This document shows, piece after piece, positions 53,601 through 64,000 of a stretch of DNA of 64,000 nt (positions within the stretch are counted from its first letter, which is position 1; each line of letters begins with the position of its first letter). The stretch is from the NCBI GenBank assembly GCA_951406725.2, contig OX597817.1, positions 127,658,001 through 127,722,000 on the forward strand, in the 5' to 3' direction. The stretch comes from Octopus vulgaris (taxonomy: Eukaryota). Both the position numbers and the translations under genes were made by a program. The notes below the pieces were generated by a model, which did not search any database, was not told the DNA's origin, and worked only from the letters and a program-made list of their open reading frames with translations.

Positions 53601-53770
53601 TTTAAAATATTGATATTTTAGATTGGAAGTCCACCTGAAGATTGTCGATCAAGACAAGAAACAATTGTAGTGGCGGTTTTTTTGACTATTTATTAAAATT
53701 TTATGTATTGATTAAGTCTTTCCTTGTTTGTTTTGCAAAATAGTGGTTTTGTCTCTAATAATATTTTATA
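50633..53770 (+). repeat. 5' pseudo-LTR (~3.1 kb)
   Basis: Begins atacggacaaatatacac and ends gtctctaataatattttata, as does the copy at 56963-60080. Confidence 0.93.
53631..53673 (+). ncRNA. Minimal type I hammerhead ribozyme in the 5' pLTR
   Basis: ccac-CTGAAGA-ttgtc(gatcaa)gacaa-GAAA-caattg-TA-gtgg; palindromic stem III (acaattgt), typical of dimerising PLE HHRs. Confidence 0.9.
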
Positions 53771-53908
53771 ATATTTTACTATAAAATTGGATTTAATCCT
53801 AAATCTGATTTTTTTCCCTGTAAATTTGGATTTATTCCCTAATATTTATTATTTTATATAATATTGATAATTTTGTATATTGAGTGTAATACCTCAATTT
53901 CGTAAATT

Positions 53909-56431
53909 ATGGATTTTACAGGTAAGATAGAACCGCTGTTTTGGGATTCATCTTTGAAAGATATTCCTATTCCTTCTAGAAAGGAATTTATCTTGAAACT
54001 TGTTAATAATGTTAAAGATTTTATTTCTAGAATTAAATGGAAAGCTTTTTACTATAATTTTTATTTATTTAATGATATTGATAGTAGGAATGATAATTTT
54101 ACCTCTAAATTTAAATCTAGAAAGGAACCTCCATTTAATAAAGAATTACAATTACTTGAAGATAGTATATGGAAGGTGGTAAAAAATATTGAATTCCATA
54201 AATACCCAAATAGAAATAATGAATATTTAAGGAATTTAGCAATTAAAATTAAAGATATGAGAAATATGGATGGTATTATAGTACAATCTGATAAAACAAG
54301 GAACCTATATAAATTAGATGTTAAATTATATGATAAACTATTAGGGAAAGAAATAATTAAAAAATATAAAATTGTTCCAGATGATATTCTTTATAATATT
54401 AATAAGGCCTCTAAAGTAGTAATGTTAAAATATGAGTTGGATAATAAAACTGAACCTTATGTACCTTTGCACCCCAGAATTACTCTTAAAGACCATAAAG
54501 ATAATTTTTATTCAGACCCTAAAGTTAGATTAATTTGCCCATGTAAATCGGACCTAGGTAAATTAAGTAAATTTATTTTAGATAAATATATTGATAAGTT
54601 AAATAAACTTAATTATTTAAAATTATGGTTTAGTAATAATAATACATTGAAATGGTTTAATAATATTAAAGATAAAAATCGTTATAAATTTATTCAAATA
54701 GATATAGATAATTATTATTCTTCTATTAATGAAATTGTGTTTAATAAAGCGCTTATTTTCGCAATGAATAAAGTGGGTATGTCACGGGAAGAAGTTAATG
54801 TAATTAAAATGGCTAGGAAATCGCTAATTAAATATAAAAATAAATTATGGGCTAGGAATGATACTAGAGATTGTTTTGATATACCTATGGGAGCACCAGA
54901 TTCTGCACAGGCTACTGATTTAGTAGGTATTTTTCTTTTATCTGAACTCCAATTAGAAAATCTTAAGATAGAGGGTGGTTTATATAGAGACGATCTTCTA
55001 CTAGTTACAAAGAATTGTACTAATAGGAATCTAGAAGTATATAAGAAAAAACTATATAGTTTCTTTAAAAGATATGGTTTAAGTATTACTATATATAAGG
55101 AGAATTATAATGTTAATTATTTAGATGTTAATTTTAATCTTATTACAGGTAAAACACAACCATATCATAAACTTAATGAGAACCTTAGATATATAAATGT
55201 TAATAGTAATCACCCATTTTCTATTAAAAAATCGTTGATTAATAATATAAGTAAACGTATTTCATTACTCTCTTATGATATAGAGATTTTTAATAAACAT
55301 GCTAATTATTATAATGAGGCCCTTAGAGGGGCAGGTTATAATAGGAATATTAAATTTTATAATATTAGTGATAAAGATTTAAATGATAATTTTCGAGATA
55401 CTTCTAATAATAATTATAATTTTGTTAGGTTTAGTGGTAAAAATAATAGATATTATAAAAAAAATAATAAAAATGATAAAAATATAAATAAGAATAATAA
55501 TAATAATAATAATAAATATAATAATAATAATAATACAAATAAGAATAATAAAAATAAAAATAAATTTAATAATTATTATAATAATTATATTGATAAAATT
55601 AATAATATTAATAATTCCTTAAATGCTGTACATAGATATAATTCTGATAATAATTTTAATAAAATAAAGAATTATAAATATATTTATAATAATGATAATA
55701 ATAATAAGGTTAATAAGAATAAAATTTGGTTAATAGTTCCTTATGGAGATCAAGTAAAAACGAATATTATTAAAGAGATTTTAGATGTTATAGAACTATT
55801 TATTAGAGATAATCGTAAATATAGAAACATTTTCTCTTTTAATAATTTTGGAGTTGGTTATTCTACCACTAATAATGTTGGTAACATTATTTCTTCATTT
55901 AATAAATATAAACTGAATAATTTTTATAAAAAGAAATTATTTGATAATAATATTAATAATGATAAGACTTATATTAATTGTACATGTAGAGATAAATCTA
56001 ATTGTATATTAAATAATAATTGTGATATTAACGATGTAGTGTATAAATGTATAGTTACATTACATGATAATAACTTTAAGAATAATAATTACCCAAAAGC
56101 GGTTTATATAGGTTCTACTTCCTCAAAAATAAAACTAAGAATCGCACAACATATGAATTCTTTTAAAAATAAAAACTTAATCAACTCAACCGGACTTAGT
56201 AAGTATATTTGGAGTCTTAAATCACTAAATATTAATTATAGTTTAATTTGGGAAATAATTTGTAAAACTAAATCATATACTATAGGAGCTAATTGTTGTT
56301 ATTTATGCTCTAATGAGTTTAAAGAAATTTTATTTTATAAGTATGATAATTTACTTAATACTGGTGAAGAGCGCAAAATAAAATGCAGACATAAATTACT
56401 TTACCTATATAATAAGTTTCATGATAAATAG
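53909..56431 (+). CDS. Penelope-like retroelement polyprotein (RT + Asn-rich linker + Cys finger + C-terminal GIY-YIG endonuclease), Naiad-like; intact 840 aa
   Basis: Motifs SDKTRNLY, KDHK..F, RLICP, DIDNYY (RT3), PMGAPDS (RT4), LYRDD (RT5), YLDV, NHP, CTCx5Cx5C, VYKC..YIGST..K.R..QH, CYLC..E, KCRH. No internal stops. Confidence 0.95.
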   Translation: MDFTGKIEPLFWDSSLKDIPIPSRKEFILKLVNNVKDFISRIKWKAFYYNFYLFNDIDSRNDNFTSKFKSRKEPPFNKELQLLEDSIWKVVKNIEFHKYPNRNNEYLRNLAIKIKDMRNMDGIIVQSDKTRNLYKLDVKLYDKLLGKEIIKKYKIVPDDILYNINKASKVVMLKYELDNKTEPYVPLHPRITLKDHKDNFYSDPKVRLICPCKSDLGKLSKFILDKYIDKLNKLNYLKLWFSNNNTLKWFNNIKDKNRYKFIQIDIDNYYSSINEIVFNKALIFAMNKVGMSREEVNVIKMARKSLIKYKNKLWARNDTRDCFDIPMGAPDSAQATDLVGIFLLSELQLENLKIEGGLYRDDLLLVTKNCTNRNLEVYKKKLYSFFKRYGLSITIYKENYNVNYLDVNFNLITGKTQPYHKLNENLRYINVNSNHPFSIKKSLINNISKRISLLSYDIEIFNKHANYYNEALRGAGYNRNIKFYNISDKDLNDNFRDTSNNNYNFVRFSGKNNRYYKKNNKNDKNINKNNNNNNNKYNNNNNTNKNNKNKNKFNNYYNNYIDKINNINNSLNAVHRYNSDNNFNKIKNYKYIYNNDNNNKVNKNKIWLIVPYGDQVKTNIIKEILDVIELFIRDNRKYRNIFSFNNFGVGYSTTNNVGNIISSFNKYKLNNFYKKKLFDNNINNDKTYINCTCRDKSNCILNNNCDINDVVYKCIVTLHDNNFKNNNYPKAVYIGSTSSKIKLRIAQHMNSFKNKNLINSTGLSKYIWSLKSLNINYSLIWEIICKTKSYTIGANCCYLCSNEFKEILFYKYDNLLNTGEERKIKCRHKLLYLYNKFHDK

Positions 56432-56962
56432 CAATAATAGTTCCCTATTAGATTACTTTAGTTTAGTTTAAATTAGTTTAGATGATATATTTTTTGGTTA
56501 TGTAGTCTAGGCTTTAATATAGTTAGTCTTTATTGATATTTCTTTGTTTTAATTAGTTCATTTTTAATGTATATTAATATAACAGTTTATGGTATGTTAA
56601 AACTTTAATAATTTATATTAGATTTTTTTATTTTCTTTATTTATATATTTTTTTATTTTTATTTTATTTTATTATGTATTTTTATTATGCATTTGTTATA
56701 TGTATTTTGGAGGATATATTTATATGTTGATGGGTGTTATTTAGTGGTGTTTTTATTGAGTTTTGTATGTATGTGTGAATGTTTACGATCCCTTTGTTTT
56801 TTGTTTTTTATTTGGTATGTTGAATTGACAGATTTTATTTGGGTATTGTCTGTTATAATAAAGTATACACACTCATAACAAATATAAGTGCCCACTTCTT
56901 TCGCGCGTACCTGGAATTGCATGTGAGCCTCAAAATATACACCAGACGGCCACTCCCGCCCC

Positions 56963-59900
56963 ATACGGACAAATATACACATACATCCCCTAAAAATGGG
57001 CTTAATCCCATTTACACCAATCATATGTATACAATTATACACACTAGAATAATACATAACTAACCCAAATATATAGAACATATTAAAAATCACCAACAAA
57101 CAACCATCACAAATGAAACCTACACCCATACAATGACAAAACTCCCCCTTCCATAGCCAATTTACATCCACATAGCAATCCCAATATATTCATCCATACA
57201 TGGACGCACGTGCGTGAAGCACATGCACACAATAAATACGTACAACCCCCCAATACACACTCATATACATACGTATTAAGCTCGACATCCACAGCAATAC
57301 GCATACACCCACTCACACCCAGATGGGTAAATTGCACAACCAGGGAACGCACACACACGTGTGCGTATTTTGATTGTGCAACTCGCCCATATGCATGTAT
57401 GCGGGCGCGATTACATTGTTGCACATATCGAGCCCAACTAGCATGCATATGTACATGTGAGGGTACACGTACATGCCGGGCGCGTGTACCCCCTGCATTT
57501 ATACCCGTGCGTGAATATACACATGGAGACTACCACACAGGTACAAATGTGTATAGTAATGGGAGCCCCATCACTACACTTAATTTATACTCTCACCCAT
57601 CCGCACGGATGTGAAAGTGAATCTCCGGTGTATATGTTGAGGCTTATATGTAGAGCTGTGGAGGTGAATGTCGTTGAAATTGTGAATGAATGGGTGGAGT
57701 TGGGAATTGTAACCGGGTGGTGGGCTAGCGTTGCTTGGAATTGGGAATGGAATAATGTAGTAGTAAGGCAGGCATCGAGAATAGATTTGGGTTACTGCAA
57801 GTTGTTTGTTAGAGCTGCTAAGATGAGCTAAAGCTCATAAATGTATATAATAATTTATTATTATGGTAGTTTTATTAAAGAATCCATTCATAATAAATTT
57901 TTTTAAGTAGTGATGGTTTGCCACGTGGATATAGTTTTTAGTTCCATTTATTCTATTTCTCCATTCATAATTTTAAATGACGTTTACTTTCCATGGCGCG
58001 TATTCTTTTTTTACATAAGTTATATTTCTATGGTAACGTAATTTTGGTTTGATTTTTTTAACGGCTAAGAATTTAATTTCACTTCATAATTTGAAACTGA
58101 CTTGTAAGTATGTATTTTATTTCTCCTTATGTCATATTGTTATTTTTGATATTCTGGTTAATTACGATGTATTTAATGTTGTTTTTTATTGGAGTGTTTA
58201 TGTATATGAGATTGTGTGTGACTTTTTAGTTGTATAATTTATTTATCTGTATGAGTGTGGGTGTGTAAATATTGTTGTATATATCGAGTTTAGTGAGTAT
58301 GTATATGCATATATTGAGGGAGTATATGTATCTGTTGTGTGTGTGTGTTTTGCGTGTGTGTGTGTTTGTGTGTGAATGTGTATATGGGTTTGTTATTTAG
58401 GTTTTGGGATGTATGTGTTAATTTGTCTGTGTGGGGAGGGAGTGGGTTTTGGTGTATATTGAGGTTTATAAGTTAGTATAGGTATGTGTATAAGTTGTGG
58501 GTCTGTGGTTTATGTGAGTGTATTTGTGTGTGAATGTTTAGGTTAGGGGGATTGCTATATAGGTTTGTTATAGAGTTTAGCAAAGGGAGATTTTATCGTT
58601 ATATGTTTTTAAGAGTTTTGGTTTATCATGGTTTTTTTTAGGAATTCGTGGTAATTTGTCTATTTTCGATGTTGGTTGTTTTATTACATTGTTTCATTCA
58701 TAATTTTTGAGTGGTGTTCGTTTTGCCACGTGAATATTATTTTTAATTCCATTTATTCCATTTCTCCATTCATTATTTTAGGGATGTTCGTTTCCAGAGC
58801 GGTTATATATTTTTTATACATATGTTAAGTTCCTTGGTATAGTAATTTTGTTTGGTGTATATGTTGAGGCTTATATATACTTGTGGGTGTGTGTGAGTGG
58901 GGTGGGTGTTTGTATTTGTTATGGGTGTGTGGTTTACGTGTGTGTATTTGTGTGTGAATGTATAGGTTAAAGGGATTGCTATATAAGTATGTTATAGTGT
59001 TTAGTAAAGGGAGGTTTTATCATTTATGTTTTGTGAGTTTTAGCTTATCATGGTAGTTTTATAAAAGATTCCATTCATAATTTTTGTGTTTATTTGTCTG
59101 TGTGGGGTTGAGTGGGTTTTTGGAGTATATGTTGAGGTTTATATGTATGTATTGGTATGTGTAAGTGGTGTGGGTATTTGTATATGTCGTGGGTGTGTGG
59201 TTTATGTGTGTGTATTTGTGTGTGAATGTTTAGGTTAGGGGGATTGCTATATAGGTATGTTATAGAGTTTAGTAAAGGGAGATTTTATCATTATATGTTT
59301 TTATGAGTTTTGGTTTATCATGGTAGGTTTGATAAGGAATTCGTAGTAATTTGTGTCTATTTGCGATGTCTGTTGTTTTATTGCATTGTTTCATTCATAA
59401 TTTTTAAGTAGTGTTCGTTTTACCAAGTGAATATAATTTTTAATTCCATTTATTCCATTTCTCCGTTCATAATTTTAAGTGATGTCCGTTTTCTAGAGCG
59501 TGAATGTGGGTTGTATGTGTGTGTGTGTGGGAGTATGAATAAGTATTGTGTTGAAGTATTTAGCTATTTTATTTATTTGTAGTTGCCTAGACGTTTTTAT
59601 GTGTATGTATAGGGATATATATATATAGGTGTGTGATTTAGTGTATGTAGTTAGATTTGGTTATATATAATTAGGTATATGTGTATGGGTGTATATATAG
59701 TTTATTATTATATTATTATTATTTTTTTGTTTTGTTTTATATTTTATATTTTATATTTTATATTTTATATTTAATTGTTGATAGGTTTATTTTAGTTTAT
59801 ATATTGTTTATATATTGATTATATATGGATTATATATAGGTTATATATGGATTATATATTTATATTTTTTCATTCATACTTTAATTATTTTGAAATTATT

Positions 59901-60080
59901 ATTTTTATATTTTAAAATATTGATATTTTAGATTGGAAGTCTACCTGAAGATTGTCGATCAAGACAAGAAACAATTGTAGTGGCGGTTTTTTTGACTATT
60001 TATTAAAATTTTATGTATTGATTAAGTCTTTCCTTGTTTGTTTTGCAAAATAGTGGTTTTGTCTCTAATAATATTTTATA
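56963..60080 (+). repeat. 3' pseudo-LTR (~3.1 kb)
   Basis: Direct repeat of 50633-53770 with scattered substitutions and indels; runs into (TA)n. Confidence 0.93.
59941..59983 (+). ncRNA. Minimal type I hammerhead ribozyme in the 3' pLTR
   Basis: Same as the 53631 copy except ctac in stem I, which gives a U-G wobble. Confidence 0.88.
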
Positions 60081-61022
60081 TATATATATATATATACACA
60101 TTCGCATGAATGCGCTAGCATGTGTGTGTTCTCTCCTAAAAAGCAGCTTTGTTGACATTTTTCTATTATTCGCCATCTTTCATATAGTATGAATTCATTT
60201 TCTGATCTATATAAACGTAAGCGGTGTAAGTTTGTATGCATAAATCATAAAAAATTCATTCGATATGAGACTCCCAGTTAAGACGCCATTGCTTTTTCTC
60301 CTATCATTTTGTTATATCTGTGATCAAAAATGTTATCATTCTCTGAGAATCACTGCATTTATATATGCGTGACAAACACTATAATTCACTGCTGTAGCAC
60401 GTGGGTAAACAGTGAAATTGTAGAGTGGTTCGTTGGCTTCCAATCCTAGATTCATTTCTTTTGTAGGGTAAAGTTCTTTTATTGTTTCTAGAAACTGACA
60501 AACGATCTATGTGTGAAATATCTATCACTTGGTGAATTCCATAAAATTTAATATGAACAAGGGATCAATAATTCCCTGTTGGGTGGACATGTAATAGCAT
60601 ATTAGTAAAATACAACATATGTTATGGATCACAGAAAGTATCAAATATTCTTTGAAATATAACCTTTCTTAAAAATATTGCAAATAATATAAAACAAATT
60701 TTAAAATTGTTTTTTACATGTTTAAATGAAATGAAAAAAATTGCCATTTCTCTTGATATTATCATTTCATTGTAGCAATAAAGTTCATAGTCAGAAATGT
60801 GTAAACGACCAAAACCATAAAAACAAAAGTCATTGCAGTATATACATCATTTATAAACGAATGAAGAAAAAACAAGAACAGCAACTATAACAACGGGAAT
60901 ACGATTATGAACAATCAAAAGAACAAAAGCAATATGCGGCATTGATTGTTTGTCAACAAAATACAACATCGACAACTGCTGTGAAGGAAAGAGATACGGA
61001 TAGATAGATAGATCGATCGATT

Positions 61023-61146
<124 letters not shown>

Positions 61147-61699
61147 TATAGATAGATAGATTCATTTATTGGTTGATTGAGAGAGAGAGAGAAAGAGAGA
61201 GAGAGTTAGGGAAAACGGATACAAGACAAATATTACGCAAATTGAAAACAAACATGGTCAAAGCGCAATATTTATTTTAGAATCCGATTGGGTTTCGTCT
61301 GGATTATTTTTAAAATGCGTGAATTATCGATTATATTTTTAGCACCCATTCCACTACCTTCACAACAACTACATGCATGGCTCCAATCTTTAACAGCTAC
61401 ATCAAGAGATGAATGTTCTAGGCATCGATGAGGATCAACTCAGAAGTCTGTTCCATAGAAATTTAATGCATTTTCAGGTTAGGGATGAGGGCAACTTCCT
61501 AAAAAAACCTTGGCTCATCAATTTTACCAAAGTTTCGCAAGAATCCTTACTTCGGCAATAATTTCAATTGTCAGGTATCCGAAGAGAGTCAAAAAACATT
61601 CTCTTCGGCGCATCTGTTTAGTGGCTGAGAATTTTTGACTGGTGAAGCTTCACTATCGCGTATAGGGTCTTGCTGACTATCTGCTGAGTAAGTTCTAAA

Positions 61700-63300
61700 T
61701 ATCGTTCCGCTGACTTCCTGTCATAAAGTAATACACGCATCAAAATTTCCAACTATGTCATGCTTGGTAATGCACTTTCTTTTGGCTGACACTGGGTAAC
61801 CAAAGGAGATGTAGCAGAGAGTTTGTTTCTCGCTTCAGTGTATCCTGCAACTACTTAATGCATTTTGCTTCACCACATACTCTGGTAGTTTCTGGTGGAA
61901 CGATTTTGATCCTATATCACAATAGTGAGTCCCTCAATCTTAGCTTTAAGTCCTGTACTTCTCATATATTGTCGCAATTTCTCGTCTCTTTCCAGCCTGA
62001 TCAGTTGTGCTCTTTTTTTTCTTTGTATACTAACCTCCGCTTTATCATGGCATACTAGACTTAACTTCCCTTAGCTTATTGTTAAACGTGTACAATTTCT
62101 GCTTATTTTTTCCAATTTTTTTTTTCTGATTTATTTAAGCTTCTGTTTTGTATTTGTCGGTATTCTGCAAGATAGAAAATCGTGTTTCAGTTTGTTTGTG
62201 TTTTGTAACTGTTTTGGTGGTTTTTTTTTGCTTTCTTCATTGTTTACTACTCATTTTTGTAAAGCTACAATTAGTCTTCTTGTTGCATAAAATTACTGCT
62301 TGCATAAAGATACTCTTCCACTAACAAATTTTTGAGCATTTCAGACGTCATTATTATTTTTCTGGTTTTTCTGTCATTTTGTTTTTCTGGTTTTTCTGTC
62401 ATCTTGTTTTACTCGTGAATTAATTGTCCAGTTGTCAATATTATAACAATAAATTATTACTGATACAGCTAAAATATTGAAGCTTATTACTTTAACTTTT
62501 GCTTTTAGCGGTCTTATGCATCAATCTAATGTTATTACATATTGATTTTTCTTTTCATTCATGTGTCGTACACTTCCTAGTTAATTGATTCCTAAGTACT
62601 TTAGATCCTACGTTTCGTCTAATTCTCTTATTTGTGTCTCTTTATATTTGTATCTTTAAGTTTGTTTCAGCCTATTTTACTAATGCGATTCTCATATAAT
62701 TTCGCTCAGTATGTCGGAGTACTGTCAGTTGCAGAGTTTCCGCAACGCATAACGAGAGCTTATCAATATATAAAAGACTGTGGGTCGTCCTCCCATAGCA
62801 TGTGTATCTGAGTTCAGTCTTGTTAATCACACTGGTTAAAATTATTAATCCAAAGTAGAAAAGAAAGGCATGGTGAATGGAAATCCCATCTGATTATTCC
62901 TCCTTTAATTGTGATGCCGTAAATTTTTATAATTTCATTTTTGCCAGCAAAATTGTTTCCCATTTATGTATGATGTGCTCGATGTATCTGCGAATTAGTA
63001 GTTCTACTTTTTACATGGCCTTAGTTTCGCGAGAAAACTCTGTCAAAAGTTTTTTTAATTATTAAATCAGTTCGTGCCATATCCAGGTACATTTCTTCAT
63101 CATATTTTGGTTATGGTACAGTTGATCTATAATTGATCTTTAGAGCTGCATGAAATTCTTGCAGCGTCCCTTTTGTTCTTCTTGAAGTATGTTCTAATTT
63201 TTTTTTACCCTCCAGTTATTTTAACCTCTGCCATATTATTGCAGTTAGACAAATTTGCTGAATACTGGTGATTGTTCTGTAGTTCCCGGATTATTGTTGA
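61700..63300 (-). mobile_element. Highly decayed R4/Dong-like LINE
   Basis: Minus-strand remnants NPGNYRTIT, EEQKG, SKDQL, KTFD, GLKAKIEG..DQN..TRNY, KHD.VG. Confidence 0.6.
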
Positions 63301-63457
63301 TTATTTATTACAAACAATTAAGCTGGTATTCCACTTTGGGTCTGCTTTATCGGTTGTTTTTGCCGAACCGTTAAGTCCCGGTGAGTGACATTAACACACC
63401 AATATCTGTTGTTAAGCAATGGTAAGGGGACAAACACAAACATACAAACACACACAT

Positions 63458-63516
<59 letters not shown>

Positions 63517-64000
63517 TTATTCATTCGATGTCGACAAAATAATTATTAATCGAAGATATATACATGCATAGATAGATACATACGTCTGGAACAGAGTAAG
63601 GCCGAACTTGGGATCTTGGGGAGAGTAAGTAAATCTTAAATTGCATATGCAAAGAATAATCACGATATCTAGTACTTTAAAAATCTACAAGACTTTAAGA
63701 TTTGAATGATGAAGGTTAAAACAAGATGCTTCATTCACCACCTTGGTACTAAGCTGGTAGCCAGTCTAAACGTTTTAAATATACATGCATACATATATGC
63801 ATGCAGGCGTGTGTGTGTGTATGCGTAGAGTGGTGTATGTATGTGTAAATATAGAGGGATGTGTATGTGTGCATGAGTAACATGACATCAGTGCGTATTG
63901 GGGCGAGCGTATGTCAATCGTTATTTATGTATGTGTATACGTGTGTATGTGAACGTGTGGCTAGACGCATGCGTGCGTAAATGTATATAGGCGTGTCGCA

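Larger units (their letters stand above)
50633..60080 (+). mobile_element. Full-length PLE in partial-tandem (pLTR-ORF-pLTR) form, inserted in (TA)n
   Basis: 50633-53770 and 56963-60080 are near-identical direct repeats flanking the ORF; (TA)n lies at both ends; each repeat has an HHR near its 3' end. Confidence 0.93.

Noticed and set aside
53909-56431. Selenoprotein-type Naiad (UGA-Sec recoding with SECIS)
   Set aside because: The ORF has no in-frame TGA, conserved Cys are TGT/TGC, and it ends in TAG. The 14065 ORF also lacks an internal TGA.
50633-60080. True LTR retrotransposon
   Set aside because: No gag, protease, RNase H or integrase, and no TG..CA termini. RT + GIY-YIG and HHRs indicate PLE pseudo-LTRs.

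Overview
Repeat-rich, AT-rich eukaryotic DNA, most likely an Octopus genome. That assignment is an inference from the tRNA-derived SINE families, the microsatellite load and the TE mix. No host gene can be named with confidence; only a few orphan exon candidates are visible. The window is dominated by Penelope-like retroelements (PLEs) inserted in (TA)n. One apparently intact Naiad-like PLE (50633-60080) has an 840-aa RT + Zn-finger + GIY-YIG ORF between two ~3.1 kb pseudo-LTRs, each with a minimal hammerhead ribozyme (HHR). There is also a 5'-truncated PLE with an inverted pLTR (12491-16342), several decayed PLEs, short HHR-bearing non-autonomous elements and a set of hairpin-plus-tail insertions. 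The most unusual signals are ribozymes. A complete hammerhead at 12076-12139 has its three strands in a non-circularly permuted order. Other hammerheads carry compensatory G3-C8 or U3-A8 cores (35491, 19746, 44258), and two have greatly expanded stem II loops. Also present: R4/Dong-like RLE LINEs in (TAA)n, an RTE fragment, mariner, a DD37E Tc1-like transposon, a non-autonomous Helitron and many SINEs. All alignments and folds were done by eye.
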